DNA from: the human T2T-CHM13v2.0 reference genome, Homo sapiens
DNA: 64,000 bases
Reading direction: 5' to 3' (one strand)
NCBI RefSeq assembly: GCF_009914755.1
Contig: NC_060941.1
Below are positions 1 through 24,113 of this stretch, one piece after another. Under the pieces are notes generated by a model that saw only the letters and a program-made list of their open reading frames with translations, made no database searches and was not told where the DNA came from. A program made the position numbers and the translations under genes. Position 1 is the first letter of the stretch; every line of letters starts with the position of its first letter.

Positions 1-40
1 TGTGAGGAGGAAAGAGGTTTTTCCCCGATGGGTTCTCTCA

Positions 41-445
<405 letters not shown>

Positions 446-497
446 CTAAATCTAATCCTACAATAGTCACAATTCACTTTTTAAACGTCCCCAAATT

Positions 498-780
498 GGC
501 CGGGTGCAGTGGTTCACACCTGTAATCCCAGCACTTTGGGAGGCCGAGGGGGGCAGATCACCTGAGGTCACGAGTTTGAGACCAGCCTGACCAATGTAGT
601 GAAACCCTGTCTCTACTAAAAATACAAAAATTAGCCAGGCATGGTGGTGCCCGCCTGTAATCCCAGCTACTCGGGAGGCTGAGGCAGGAGAATCATTTGA
701 ACCCAGGAGACAGAGGTTGCAGTGGGCCTAGATTGCCAGCATGGGCAACAAGAGCAAAACTCTGTCTCAAGAAAAAAAAA
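498..780 (+). mobile_element. Alu (AluS-like)
   Basis: GGCCGGG start, dimer, A-tail, TSD-like gtcccaaatt. Confidence 0.9.
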
Positions 781-1116
781 GTCCCAAATTTATCTTCAGT
801 GCAGAAATAAAAGCACGTTTCATTGCTTTTTGGTTTTGATTATACTATCAACCAATAATAATGTTTAAATCATATTTCTTAGGAGCATAAAGCACTTTCT
901 AGATATTTTTAATTCATGTAATATTTTGTAAAATCTCATCTTTAGGCCTATTTAATATGACAGTCTTCTCCAATAAATTTAAGATAATTCACAGGTATTA
1001 TTCAGCCTCACAGTTTTGCTGTGTGACGGGAAAGCAGCAGGCATTAGGACTGTGATTTGACAAAGGCAAAAATGGAGACACAGCATGGAGCAGCCAGCCT
1101 CCCTGGCCGTGGCTCA

Positions 1117-1353
<237 letters not shown>

Positions 1354-1564
1354 TCAATGCTTTTTACCTGGTTTATTATAATCCTAAGGTTTCCTGCTTC
1401 CTAGAGATAAGATATTGTACAGAGAGAGGCTAAAACGTAACCCGTCAGATGGTGAACACTTTCTGCATGTGCATTAACACACATGTGTGCAGGAAACTGA
1501 GTGATGAAGCCACACCCACGCCAGCATGCTCTCGAGCAATAGAGCATGAAAGGAGGAGGTTTCA

Positions 1565-1801
<237 letters not shown>

Positions 1802-2234
1802 CTAACAAAATACTAAATAACTAAATTAAATGCAGAGTTAGGGCTACACTTGGCATCACTTGCCTGGCTCCTTGTTGTCGATTATTGGGCTAATCAAGAT
1901 TCTGTTCCATAAATGTACTCAAGGTAATGAGTCAGGAACAATTGCCATCTTGAAAAAGCAAATAGATCCTTTGAGAAGGAATTAGCTGGGCATAATTGTC
2001 CTTTTCCTAATATAAAAAGGGCCCTGTACTTCTAAATATTTCATTAAAGCATTGGTTCCAATCAACTTTATCTGCCATCTTGAAAGAAGGGCTTCCAGAA
2101 AGCCTCCCAATAGGATCTCAGCTTAGACAGACCAGTAGTACGGAAAGGAAAAATGCTTAGGACTGCACGGACATTGTAGAAATTGGTTTGTTTCCACGGA
2201 CAACATTTGAAAGGGACCTCTACCCCCAGCCCAT

Positions 2235-2350
2235 TCCCATTCTGTTTTGCAGATGAGGAAACTACAGCCCGGTGAAGTTCAGGGACTTGCCCAAGGCCAC
2301 ACTGCTGGTGAGGGCAGAGTCAGGTCCGGGATGCATTCTCCTCCTTCCAC
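2235..2350 (-). mobile_element. MIR fragment
   Basis: cagatgaggaaact...gacttgcccaaggccacac MIR core. Confidence 0.7.
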
Positions 2351-2383
2351 GGCTGCTAGGAATCCCTTACATCATGGCATTCA

Positions 2384-2653
<270 letters not shown>

Positions 2654-2900
2654 TCATCAAGTTGGAATCACTAATCTATGTGATTCAGACACCCATGTGT
2701 TTTTATACGCCCAGGAGAATTTCCTGTCTACTCAAAATCTGGGATCAATAACTTGCCTTGTGTCTGACCAAGATCAAAGCTGTTTGTTTTAATAAAATGT
2801 GCTAACGCCAGGTCCCTCTAATGGCCCAGCACCGCATTTAAAGACACATGAGATGGGGAAACGCCTAGTAATAAAAATAAATTCATCGAATTCATTCCTA

Positions 2901-3140
<240 letters not shown>

Positions 3141-3293
3141 TTAAAAAGAGAAGAGCACCTGATATATTTAGTGCCAGGTGCATGATACAATCCAAGTGTG
3201 TCCCTTCTATCACCACCTTCTGAATGAAGTTGCCTTTTATTTTTTCCTCCTACAGGTGATATTTAAAAATAAGGGCAAAGAAGTCTTCCTTCA

Positions 3294-3443
<150 letters not shown>

Positions 3444-3610
3444 TCATTTCATTTATTCACTCATTCACTCACCAACTTTCTATTATGTGTAGGGCACTGT
3501 GCTAAGATCTGGGGAGACAGAAAATGATAAGATATGGTTTCTTCTTCAGGGAGAAGGTATATGGTTCATGAAAAGGAAACTGAAAGCAGAACTGATAAGG
3601 TATTGTTGTA

Positions 3611-3878
<268 letters not shown>

Positions 3879-4202
3879 GATATTGTTGTAAACTACTGGA
3901 AGGTGGGACTGATGTCTGTCAAAAAAAAAATCCATTGAGAAGAACTGTAAATGTAAACGTTACCAGGAGCACCTAATAACTCCCATCAGACCTCCCCAGT
4001 GGCAGGTGTTTCCAGCTGTTTATTGATTTGTTATCGACAAATACATAGGGAAATACTTAGAGCTTTATATCTCTAGTTAGACTCTTGGGGGAATAGGGTA
4101 AGTTCAAGTTTATATGCTTACATAGAGGTAAGAGAAAAACATAGAATGGGGCTTTATGGCTCCAGACGTGAATCCCCCAACATGGTAAAAGTGGCCACCA
4201 TA

Positions 4203-5026
<824 letters not shown>

Positions 5027-5292
5027 TAAGAAGTATCAAGGCCCTGGCTCTTAGTTTCTAGTCTCATTTCTGCCCATCAGAGTCTGTCTGATGCAAGTTT
5101 ATATTAATTTTGAAAGAGTTTGAATGAGATGATATTTTGAGCCCCTTCTCATTCTGGTCTACTCCTCTTTCTCTCTTATTCTTACTGAACTCTCAATGTT
5201 CTCTCCCTTCAGGCTATTTCAAATGGCTCTTTCTATGAGTTATTTCAATTTCTTCTCTCCTGAAAAGATGCTTCCCTAGAGATTCTCCCTCA

Positions 5293-5514
<222 letters not shown>

Positions 5515-5555
5515 TCAGAAAGGGGAGCAAAGTCAGTCAGCAAAGTCAGGTTTCA

Positions 5556-6224
<669 letters not shown>

Positions 6225-6313
6225 TTAGTTGTTAACTTAAATACTTTAATTATGGATTAAAGTATTTAATCAGATGTTTTGGGGAAATGGTTCATCATGG
6301 CCAGGCCAGCCTA

Positions 6314-6855
<542 letters not shown>

Positions 6856-6858
6856 TTA

Positions 6859-7044
<186 letters not shown>

Positions 7045-7117
7045 CTAAGAAGAATCCGCAAGCAATTATAAGCTTAAAGTTTAGTTTGCAATGACTATAT
7101 CAAGCTAGACACACCTA

Positions 7118-7872
<755 letters not shown>

Positions 7873-7875
7873 TCA

Positions 7876-8085
<210 letters not shown>

Positions 8086-8115
8086 TCAAGAGGACGAAAA
8101 GGCCAGCATCTGTCA

Positions 8116-8274
<159 letters not shown>

Positions 8275-8534
8275 TCATCACAGACTGTTGGCAAAGACAC
8301 AAACCTTGGAGAACATGTAGTTCAGGCCTCTCTTCCTATAGGCAGAAGGCCAAGGTCCCAGGAGATGAGGGAACTAGCTTGGAGTCACATTGCTAGAGAG
8401 CAGTCTAGAATCTAGATCTCTTGACTCTTCAGTCAGAGCTTTTCCTGCCATTTTGTATATCAGATAAATTCCAGAGAAAAACATGGAAGAAACAAATATA
8501 TATAACTTGGCCAAATGGTAGATTGTTCAGTTTA

Positions 8535-8940
<406 letters not shown>

Positions 8941-9048
8941 CTAAGAGAAAAAAAAATGACATTTGCCATCCTACTGTAGGTTTTTATGAAGACAGAGATC
9001 CATTGTAATGAAATAAGATCTATGTTTAAAATTTATCATAAGTTCTAA

Positions 9049-9368
<320 letters not shown>

Positions 9369-9798
9369 TAACTCAGGCTTTCAATGGTCCTATGGCTGGA
9401 GGTGTAGGCTAGTAACTGATACAATTGTCTTTTGTCTCCCAGTGAGACAGAGGCTCGCCAAGTACAAAATGCTTTCTAAAATCAACTCAGGTGATGGATC
9501 CACTGGGAGCGTGAGGTCTATTGCTGGTGTCCTTTAGGAAAATTGGAGAGTTTATGCTGGAAACTCGGACAAGCCAACTCAGCTATCTTTGGTATAAGAT
9601 AATAGTGATACTCTCATCGCACATTGGTTAGACCGTATTTATTATATTTTATCATCTGTCACTTCACCTCAGTAAGTGACAGTAATCAGATTAAGACAAC
9701 ACTACTACTCTCAAATAAATCAAGCTTAGAATCTCAGCATTGCTCATTTAGATGTCACTTAAATCAATTATAAGCAAATAAACTTGTATTTTTCTTAC

Positions 9799-9869
9799 CC
9801 TGAAAAGGGCAGAGACAGTTTGGAAGGAAGAACCCTTCTTCTTGGCAACTTTCTTCTTTCCACTGTCAG
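9799..9869 (-). CDS. MYH3: MYH3 exon 17 (loop 2)
   Basis: DSGKKKVAKKKGSSFQTVSALFR, 71 nt. Confidence 0.96.
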
Positions 9870-9975
9870 CTGAAAGCAATAAGGGAGGGCACGTGCTGTA
9901 GGTGAATCTAAAAGGTTTTTTGTTACTGTGGAACAAATGGAGGGAAATCACATGGACACAAAGCACTCCTCTTAC

Positions 9976-10282
9976 CATCCGCCGTGGCAAACGTGGCATA
10001 GAGGTGTGCCAGGAGCCTGTTGGAAGACTTCTGGTACAGCCCAACCACAGTCTCGTTCAGAGGGTCCTTGTTCTTCTCCAGCCAACCTGAGACACTGTAG
10101 TCCACGGTGCCCGCATAGTGGATCAGTGAGAAGTGAGCCTCGGCCCTGCCTTTGACCACCTTGGGCTTCTGGAAGTTGTTGGACTTTCCAAGATGCTGGT
10201 CATACAGCTTGTTCTTGAAGGAGGTGTCTGTTGCCTTGGGGAACATGCACTCCTCTTCCAGGATGGAGAAGATGCCCATAGG
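9976..10282 (-). CDS. MYH3: MYH3 exon 16
   Basis: [12 protein letters not shown]...FATAD, 307 nt. Confidence 0.96.
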
Positions 10283-10384
10283 CTGGATTGAAGGCAAGGC
10301 AAAGTGCAGAGAGGTAAATATGAGCTGCAGTAATGAGCAGAAGAGTCTATGAGAAGAGCTTACGGTGGGGAGGGAACTGGATAC

Positions 10385-10555
10385 CTTCTCGATGAGCTCG
10401 ATGCAGGCAGCCAGGTCCATCCCGAAGTCAATGAACGTCCACTCGATGCCTTCCTTCTTGTACTCCTCCTGCTCCAGCACGAACATGTGGTGGTTGAAAA
10501 ACTGTTGCAGTTTCTCATTGGTGAAGTTGATGCACAGCTGCTCCAGGCTGTTATA
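10385..10555 (-). CDS. MYH3: MYH3 exon 15
   Basis: [20 protein letters not shown]...ELIEK, 171 nt. Confidence 0.96.
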
Positions 10556-10828
10556 CTAATAAAAAAATACAACATTCATGTGAAAAGTTAGACTTCTTTC
10601 AGAATCAAAGACTGTCAACATTCCTCCTCATTGCCCCAGGTTCCTGTCAAACACATTAATGCTTTCAAATACAATCACAATCTTCAAGGCCTGCCTCAGA
10701 CCGCATCTCCTCCTTGGCGTCTTCTGTAAACTTCCAATTAGAAGGTGTTTCTCCCTTTCCTGAGTTCCCAAGGTCTGGGCATCTCTTGTGTACTTTATTT
10801 TGTAGTTACTCTTCAATGTGCCATATAG

Positions 10829-11280
<452 letters not shown>

Positions 11281-11436
11281 TAGTGCGTGATTAACTTATC
11301 AAATTCTCTGTATCTCTTTGATGGCAGTCCCTAAATCAGTGATTGCATTTAATTTTTTTTCTTTTATCCATTTGAAAATGTCCTTTAAAATTCCACTTGA
11401 TAGACATCTTCTCCTCTTTTAAAATAATACAAACCC

Positions 11437-11733
11437 AGCCAGGTGCGGTGGCTCATGCCTTTAATCCCAACACTTTCGGAGGCCGAGGCGGATGGATCAC
11501 TTGAGGTCAGGAGTTCGAGACCAGCCTAGCCAACATGGTGAAACCCCATCTCTACTAAAAATACAAAAATTAGCCAGGCATGGTGGCACACGCCTGTAAT
11601 CCCAGCTATTCAGGAGGCTGAGGCAGGAGGTTCACTTGAACTCAGGAAGAGGTTGCAGTGAGCCGAGATGGCGCCACTGCATTCTGGCCTGAGTGACAGG
11701 GTGAAACTCAGTCTCAAAAAAAAAAAACAAAAA
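11437..11733 (+). mobile_element. Alu
   Basis: Alu consensus; TSD taatacaaaccc. Confidence 0.9.
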
Positions 11734-11830
11734 ACCCTAATACAAACCCTTCCAATAAGTACCGCTCCTCTATTCCATCCACTCTCCATCTAGTTTCTTA
11801 CAGGAAACTAAGACAGCCGCCATCTTGCTA

Positions 11831-12399
<569 letters not shown>

Positions 12400-12599
12400 C
12401 TAAGTCACTCAGAGAATATAACGGACTTTATGAAAAGCCAGGGCTGGGTCTCAGAAAGCCCTGGTCATCCCTCACTGCATCTGAAACAAGACTATTCGAG
12501 TGATTCAGGAAAAGCGAGTGGTAACAATAGCTATGGGCATCGGAGGCCCAGAAAGGGTCATTCACTTCTCCAGATGGAAGGATTAATCGCTTCCATCCA

Positions 12600-13177
<578 letters not shown>

Positions 13178-13248
13178 TGGATTAATTGCTTTCAAAAGCA
13201 GTACCAAGTGACCTCAGCAGATCAGCCACCTGCTCTGGTTTGCTGTCA

Positions 13249-13679
<431 letters not shown>

Positions 13680-14318
13680 TTACCGCTGGATCCTAAATTG
13701 AACTTAGAATTAAAAATCTTTTAGACAGTTCCACAATACTCAGGCTGTCATGGAAAATATAGTCCAGGGAAGACTTTTCAGTCTCCCACAAAATGGAGAT
13801 GAAGGACCCTAGAGAGAACCTTTAAATTCCCTTGCCTTGCACGCTAATGGTGCATATCAGTGTCGGCTGGGAGAAGTTAATAGGGAAAACTGGCTGAGTG
13901 CGGGTCAGGACGAGAGCCAACCCAGGTGGTTTGGTATAATCATAGCCTTTTCTAAAATCTGTTGAAAAGCAGCAGCCTGTTTCCAAGCTGGAGACCAGAA
14001 GGCTGAGCAAATACAGCCAAAGAGCAAAGAAGCAGTGTGCATGGAGACCTCTGTGAGGGGCAGACAAGGGGCAGTGTGCAGTGCCTCCGTGGGCTTGATT
14101 ATTCTGTTTGCTTTGGCGTCGCATTTGGCCATAGGTTGTTTCTGTGCCAGAACACAAGGGGGCGCCAAAGGACAGTTAGGTGTTCAGTTGCTCAGAAGGT
14201 TTTTATAAACCAGAGCTGGTCAGGAGTGGTCTAATCTTGTTGCCCTCCATTTGATTAGGTTTTCAAATTGACATGTCACTGCCCAGATAGCCACATCCCA
14301 TTTCTAAAATAAGCTTTT

Positions 14319-14631
14319 CCTGGCAAAGTGCAGTGGCTCACGCCTATAATCCCAGCACTGTGGGAGGCCGAGTCGGGCAAATTGCTTGAGCCCAGGAGTT
14401 CAAGACCAACCTGGGCAACATGGTGAAACCTCATCTCTACAAAAAACACAAAAGGTAGCCTGGTGTGGGGGCATGCACCTGTAGTCGCAGCCACTCGGGA
14501 GGCTGGGGCTGGAGGATTACTTGAACCCAGAAAGGTCAAGACTACAAGTGAGCTGTGCTTGTGCCACTGCACCCCAGCCTGGGCATCAGAGTGAGACCCT
14601 ATCTCAAAATAAATAAATAAAATAAAATAAA
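14319..14631 (+). mobile_element. Alu (AluJ-like)
   Basis: Diverged Alu with ttgagcccaggagttc. Confidence 0.85.
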
Positions 14632-14660
14632 CTTTCCCTGTTGACTGTAGAGTCACTCTA

Positions 14661-15068
<408 letters not shown>

Positions 15069-15081
15069 CTAGTCCCCCTAA

Positions 15082-15391
<310 letters not shown>

Positions 15392-15479
15392 CACCCCCTA
15401 CAGTTTGAAATTAGATATGTCCTTCCTCTTCTCCCTTCTTCTTCTTCCAGTTTGGGGTTTCTCCTTATTTCCTTTTATT

Positions 15480-16201
<722 letters not shown>

Positions 16202-16234
16202 CTAATGCAAGAAATTGAGGGAAGAAGAGGAAAC

Positions 16235-16526
<292 letters not shown>

Positions 16527-17126
16527 CTGAGGAAACATGTTTTTAAGCCACAGAATGACAGTAAAAAATGCTCACCCACTCTGTGACTCTGGCTTGCCCT
16601 GATAAAGCCCCACCCTCCTTGACTTTCCAATCCTAGGACCAACCAAATCAGCAGCATGTCTTACTCAAAACACTTTTGCCATTTTGTTATATTTGGCACT
16701 ACAGTTGGGGATCTCTTGACTGAACATTCCTTTAACACTTCAATCCCTTGATTCTCCAGTCAGTTGTCCGTATTCATTTCATGCTGCTGTAATACATTTG
16801 TTTCAAAAGCCCAGGATATGCTGTGAGTCACTCACATTGGTATATGTGATTCTTCCATAAAAGAACAAGCTCTCTGAGCCGTCTGCAGATTGACCTCTGA
16901 AGTTTAGCCCTAGAGCCTTGTCTTCTAAGAAATCCCGGGATCTAGTCCTACAAGACCAACTTGACACTGCGTTGTCTAAGGTGACTGGCTGTCCTTCAAG
17001 ATAGTAAATCCTAGCCTGTTCTCCATTCTCTGAAGAGGGGGGAATGTGAGGACATTTGGCCCCCTCATTCTGAGGTTAAGACCACAGTTAAAAGTGGAAG
17101 CAAAGCAAGCCTTCCTCTCCCATCTA

Positions 17127-17297
<171 letters not shown>

Positions 17298-17495
17298 TCA
17301 GGATGTCATACTGAGGCCTGGGCATGGTCTGAGCCATCTCTGACACACACTCACCACACTAATGTGACAGACCACTTGAGAAGGCAGACGCCCAGGGCAC
17401 AGGTGCCACAGGCACTTGCTCAGCTGACCCAAGGATGGGTAATTCCATTTTTCTGAGGCCTTATGCAGACCTTCCTCCCCATCCCCAAATCGATC

Positions 17496-17828
17496 TTTTT
17501 ATTTTTTATTTATTTATTTTTCTCTTTTATTTTTTATTTTTTGAGACAGAGTCTCACTCTGCTGCCCAGGCTGGAGTGCAGTGGCGCGATCTCGGCTCAC
17601 TGCAAGCTCCGGCTCCTGGGTTCACGCCATTCTCCTGCCTCAGCCTCCTGAGTAGCTGTGACTACAGGTGCCCGCCACCACACCCAGCTAATTTTTTTGT
17701 ATTTTTTTTAGTAGAGGCAGGGTTTCACCGTGTTAGCCAGGATGGTCTCGATCTCCTGGACCTCGTGATCCGCCCATCTCAGCCTACCAAAGTGCTGGGA
17801 TTACAGGTGTCAGCCACCGCGCCCAGCC
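17496..17828 (-). mobile_element. Alu (AluY-like)
   Basis: Reverse Alu with gcaagctcc/ttcacgccatt. Confidence 0.9.
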
Positions 17829-17926
17829 TGATCTTTTTATTATAGACTCTGCTCCAAACACTTTCTAATGAACAGAATAGAGCCAGTGGCACAGCTATGA
17901 AACCACTCTATGCCATGGATACTTAC

Positions 17927-17954
17927 GTGATCAGAATGGACTGGTTTTCACGAT
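17927..17954 (-). CDS. MYH3: MYH3 exon 6 (28-nt micro-exon)
   Basis: (D)RENQSILI(T); CAG| acceptor and |GTAAGT donor; absent from ORF track. Confidence 0.95.
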
Positions 17955-18111
17955 CTGCCAGAGGAAAAAATAAAATAGAGTTGATGGCAATAGAAAAAGA
18001 GCTTCCCGATTCTACCCAACTCTCAAGTAGCCAGAGTTAAATTGCACAATTCCTCTTCCTTTACATTTTTTGTTTAGCCTTTAGGTGGGAATCTGAAGAG
18101 CCTCCATCTGC

Positions 18112-18390
18112 TTTTTATTTTATTTTATTTTTAATTGACAAACAATATTTGTATATATTTGTAGGGTACAACGTGATGATTTGATATATGTTTATATGGC
18201 AGAATGATTAAATCAAGCTAATTAACAAATCCGTCACCTCACATACTTATTTTTTTGTGGAGAAAACATTTAAAATATACTATTTTAGGGATTTTGAAAT
18301 ATACAATGCATTATTACTTATCGGAGTCACCATTCTATGGGACAGATCACCAGCACCGATTTCTCCTTTCCAGCTGTATCCTTTGGTCAA
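18112..18390 (-). mobile_element. L1MA-type 3' end fragment
   Basis: tttttaattgacaaac...gtacaacgtgatg...aattaacaaatccgtcacctcacatact typical of reverse L1MA 3' UTR. Confidence 0.7.
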
Positions 18391-18459
18391 TATCGAAAGC
18401 CTCCTTCTTGAGACTGAGACTCAGAGAGGTCAAGTCTCCACTCAGAATCAGCCAGTGGC

Positions 18460-18812
<353 letters not shown>

Positions 18813-19066
18813 TCAGTTTTTGGTTTTGATCCATGAAAACATCCATATCCGTTTTGCATATTCTAACTTGCATTAAATCCAAAACTCGTCACCTTGGCAT
18901 GCGGGGCCCTACATGATGCAGCCCCTTTCTGCCTCTTTTGGCTCCTTCTTCCTCCTTTCCCTGTGCTAAACACCAGATGGGGTCCAGCCTGGGAGTAAGG
19001 GGCAACTGCCGCTCGCCTCATGCAGTGCCTGCTCCAGCATCCCATGCTTCCTCCTGGGAAACTCAC

Positions 19067-19593
<527 letters not shown>

Positions 19594-19858
19594 GCCTTTA
19601 TTATTATCTCATGTTTCTTTGGGATAAACTTATAAAGGGGGGAGGCTACCATTCCTATTTATAGTGAGGCACTGAGACTCAAAAAGGGGAGTGGCGACCC
19701 TCCCACAGTTGGTAAGTCACAGCACCCCGTGACCAAGCCTGGCCCCAGCTTCCCCGCTCTCTGGCTCCTGGTCCTCCTTCCCACCTTCCTTCTTCCTGCC
19801 CCATCCACCTCTTGCTTTCTTGCCTTCTTTCTCCTCCATCTTTGTGTTTTGTTCATCA

Positions 19859-20470
<612 letters not shown>

Positions 20471-21512
20471 TGTCTGCACGTCTTGTCTGCTGCCCCCACC
20501 AAAAGACCAAGAGACTCTTGAGCCGAGATGGAAGGGCCAAACCCTAGAACAAGCCCAGCTCACAGCGAGAGGAGGAAAGGCTATGGGGCGGCTTGTGGTG
20601 GTGCTGATGAAATGGGGTTTGTTTCTGTTATTCAGGGTGTCTTCTTCCTCCCCATTGGGCCTGAGGTGAGAGACGGATGTCGGAAATGAGAAAAGAGGAT
20701 CTGTGTGGGTGGATATGGGTGATGGTGGCTGGGAACGGGGCCAGCAGGAACCTTTCAGCTCAGTCAGTAACACTGCCTGGACCAAAATCCAGCTCCAGCA
20801 GCTGGCTCTTTCCTGTCTACTGAGAGAAAATGACGCATATGTCCCCTGCAGTCGTGAGGCAGGGACCGAAGAGAATGAGGAAGGGGCATTGGATTGCCAG
20901 GCTGGTGCCCATGGATTGCCAACATTCTGAGCTCTCTGAAAGCAGCTGTCCAGCCCCCGGCCCACCTCTTCCCCCTTCACCACCCAGCCCCAGCATGCTC
21001 AGGAAAGGGCCCCTCAGTTGCCCTCCCCACCCCTTTCCTGCCCTTTCTGGGGTCAGAGTGTTATAAGCCAGGCAAACGGCACCATGAGGCAGAGCAGTGG
21101 TTCTGAGCACCTGCACTTCTCTCAACAGGACAAACCCGCACACCCTCGGGAAGCTGGAGGACCTCAGGCACAGGGGGTGGGGAACTTGTCTTCCTCTCCC
21201 CTGCCCTGTCCTCACCTCCTTTTTCTCTGTGACCTCCTCTGAAATGGTCAGTTTTCCTGGTTCTGTCTCTGGGCAGTGTGGATGGGAAACCTGCCTTTTC
21301 CCTGCCTTCAAGCAGGGATTCATTCAAACCATCCCAGCCAATGGGCCCTGGCTGTCTATGATGGTCTCTTAGGTTCATCTTAGATTATCATTCACTGTAT
21401 CTAGCTTCCTCCTTCCCTGACGTGTTAGCAGCCCATTCTTAGCTCCTTATTGGAAATACACAGAGAGCCACCTTTTCGGAGCTCCAATGCTTGGTAGCAC
21501 TGCAGGGCGGTT

Positions 21513-21609
21513 CTTATTTTTTGGGGGGACCGAGTCTTGCTCTGTCTCCCAGGCTGGAGTGCAGTGGCGTGATCTAGGCTCACTGCAAGCTCCACCTCCC
21601 GGGTTCACG
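21513..21609 (-). mobile_element. 5'-truncated Alu
   Basis: About 95 nt of right arm between TSD tgcagggcggtt (21501 and 21610). Confidence 0.85.
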
Positions 21610-21674
21610 TGCAGGGCGGTTTTTAATGCCTTTTTTCCTTCATGCCCAACCCAATGATAGTATTTCCTTTACTT

Positions 21675-21820
21675 GTCTCTTTTATTTTCTTTCTTTCTCT
21701 TTCTTTCTTTCTTCCTTCCTTCCTTGCTTTCTTTCTTCCTTCTTTCTTTCCTTCCTTCCTTCCCTCCATCTCTCTTTCACTCTTTCTTTCTTCTTTCCTT
21801 TTTTTGCTTTTTACTTTTCT
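21675..21820 (+). repeat. (CTTT/CCTT)n low-complexity tract
   Basis: Direct inspection. Confidence 0.9.
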
Positions 21821-22019
21821 TGGGACATTTCCAGATTCTCCTGATGTGGATTTTAGAAACTAGTGAGCTCCAGAATTCCTCGCAGCACCCCCACAGTGGC
21901 TTGGGCCAGAATGTAATGGGCTGCAGTGCTCATCCCCTTCATGATACAAGGAGGCTGCTATTTCACTGAGCTTGTGGTCCCCTAGGATCCCTAACACATT
22001 TTCCTTACTTCCTTGGTTA

Positions 22020-22712
<693 letters not shown>

Positions 22713-23210
22713 TCAGCCGCAGGAGCCCTCAGAGTCAGGGCCCCAGGAACCAGGCTGTCCTCATGCCTTGAGAAGCTCCACCCAAAGGGCTTCAGTGCTG
22801 GGAAATCACACGGGTGCATATTTATTGAGGGGCTTCTTGTGCGACAGTCTTACAGCCTATTTAACCCAAGCTCCTCAAGCATCTGAGGCTTGAACTGGCG
22901 ATAAGGGGTTTGGAAGTGAGCACCACTCTTGGGACCGCCTTTTCCGCTTCTGTGACAACCAGGTATTGCTGAGGGAACGTTTAAAAATAAACACCCTTAA
23001 AAAATAAACGCCATCTTCAAAGAGAGTGTGCTAATGGCAAACAGCAAAGATATTTTTGAACCATTTCAATCAAGGTGGCTACACGCTCGTATGCGGGAAC
23101 CTGCCTTTTGCTTCCTTGGGTTGCTAAGAACAAAATCAAGCATCTGACATCAGCATCTGTTTGACAGTCCCCCAAATGCCACCTCCTCTCCCGCCTGACC
23201 TGTCCTTGCC

Positions 23211-23498
<288 letters not shown>

Positions 23499-23638
23499 AC
23501 GACCTGTCCTTGTCTAAATGTGCTAGTTCCCCTGTCCCTCTGTGCCCTTATGGCCGGTGGGAGGAGGGAGGAAGGAACTGGCAAGCTTGGATTGCCTGGA
23601 GATCTCCAACAGCCGAGGGACAGGGCCCAACTTCTCAC

Positions 23639-23697
23639 CTGAGAGTCCCACCTGCAGGATGAGAGCAGAAGACAGCAACAGCCAGGAGATCCCAGAC
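23639..23697 (-). other. MYH3: MYH3 exon 2 (non-coding, 59 nt)
   Basis: TTCCAG| acceptor and CAG|GTGAGA donor; 59 nt fits c.-67..c.-9 numbering. Confidence 0.85.
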
Positions 23698-23792
23698 CTG
23701 GAAGAATATGCACATACACAACTTAGCGGCACTTGGGGTGGCTGCGTCCATGTAGAATCGGCTTCTGACGAGTTAACTAAAAAGGATAAAGG

Positions 23793-24113
<321 letters not shown>

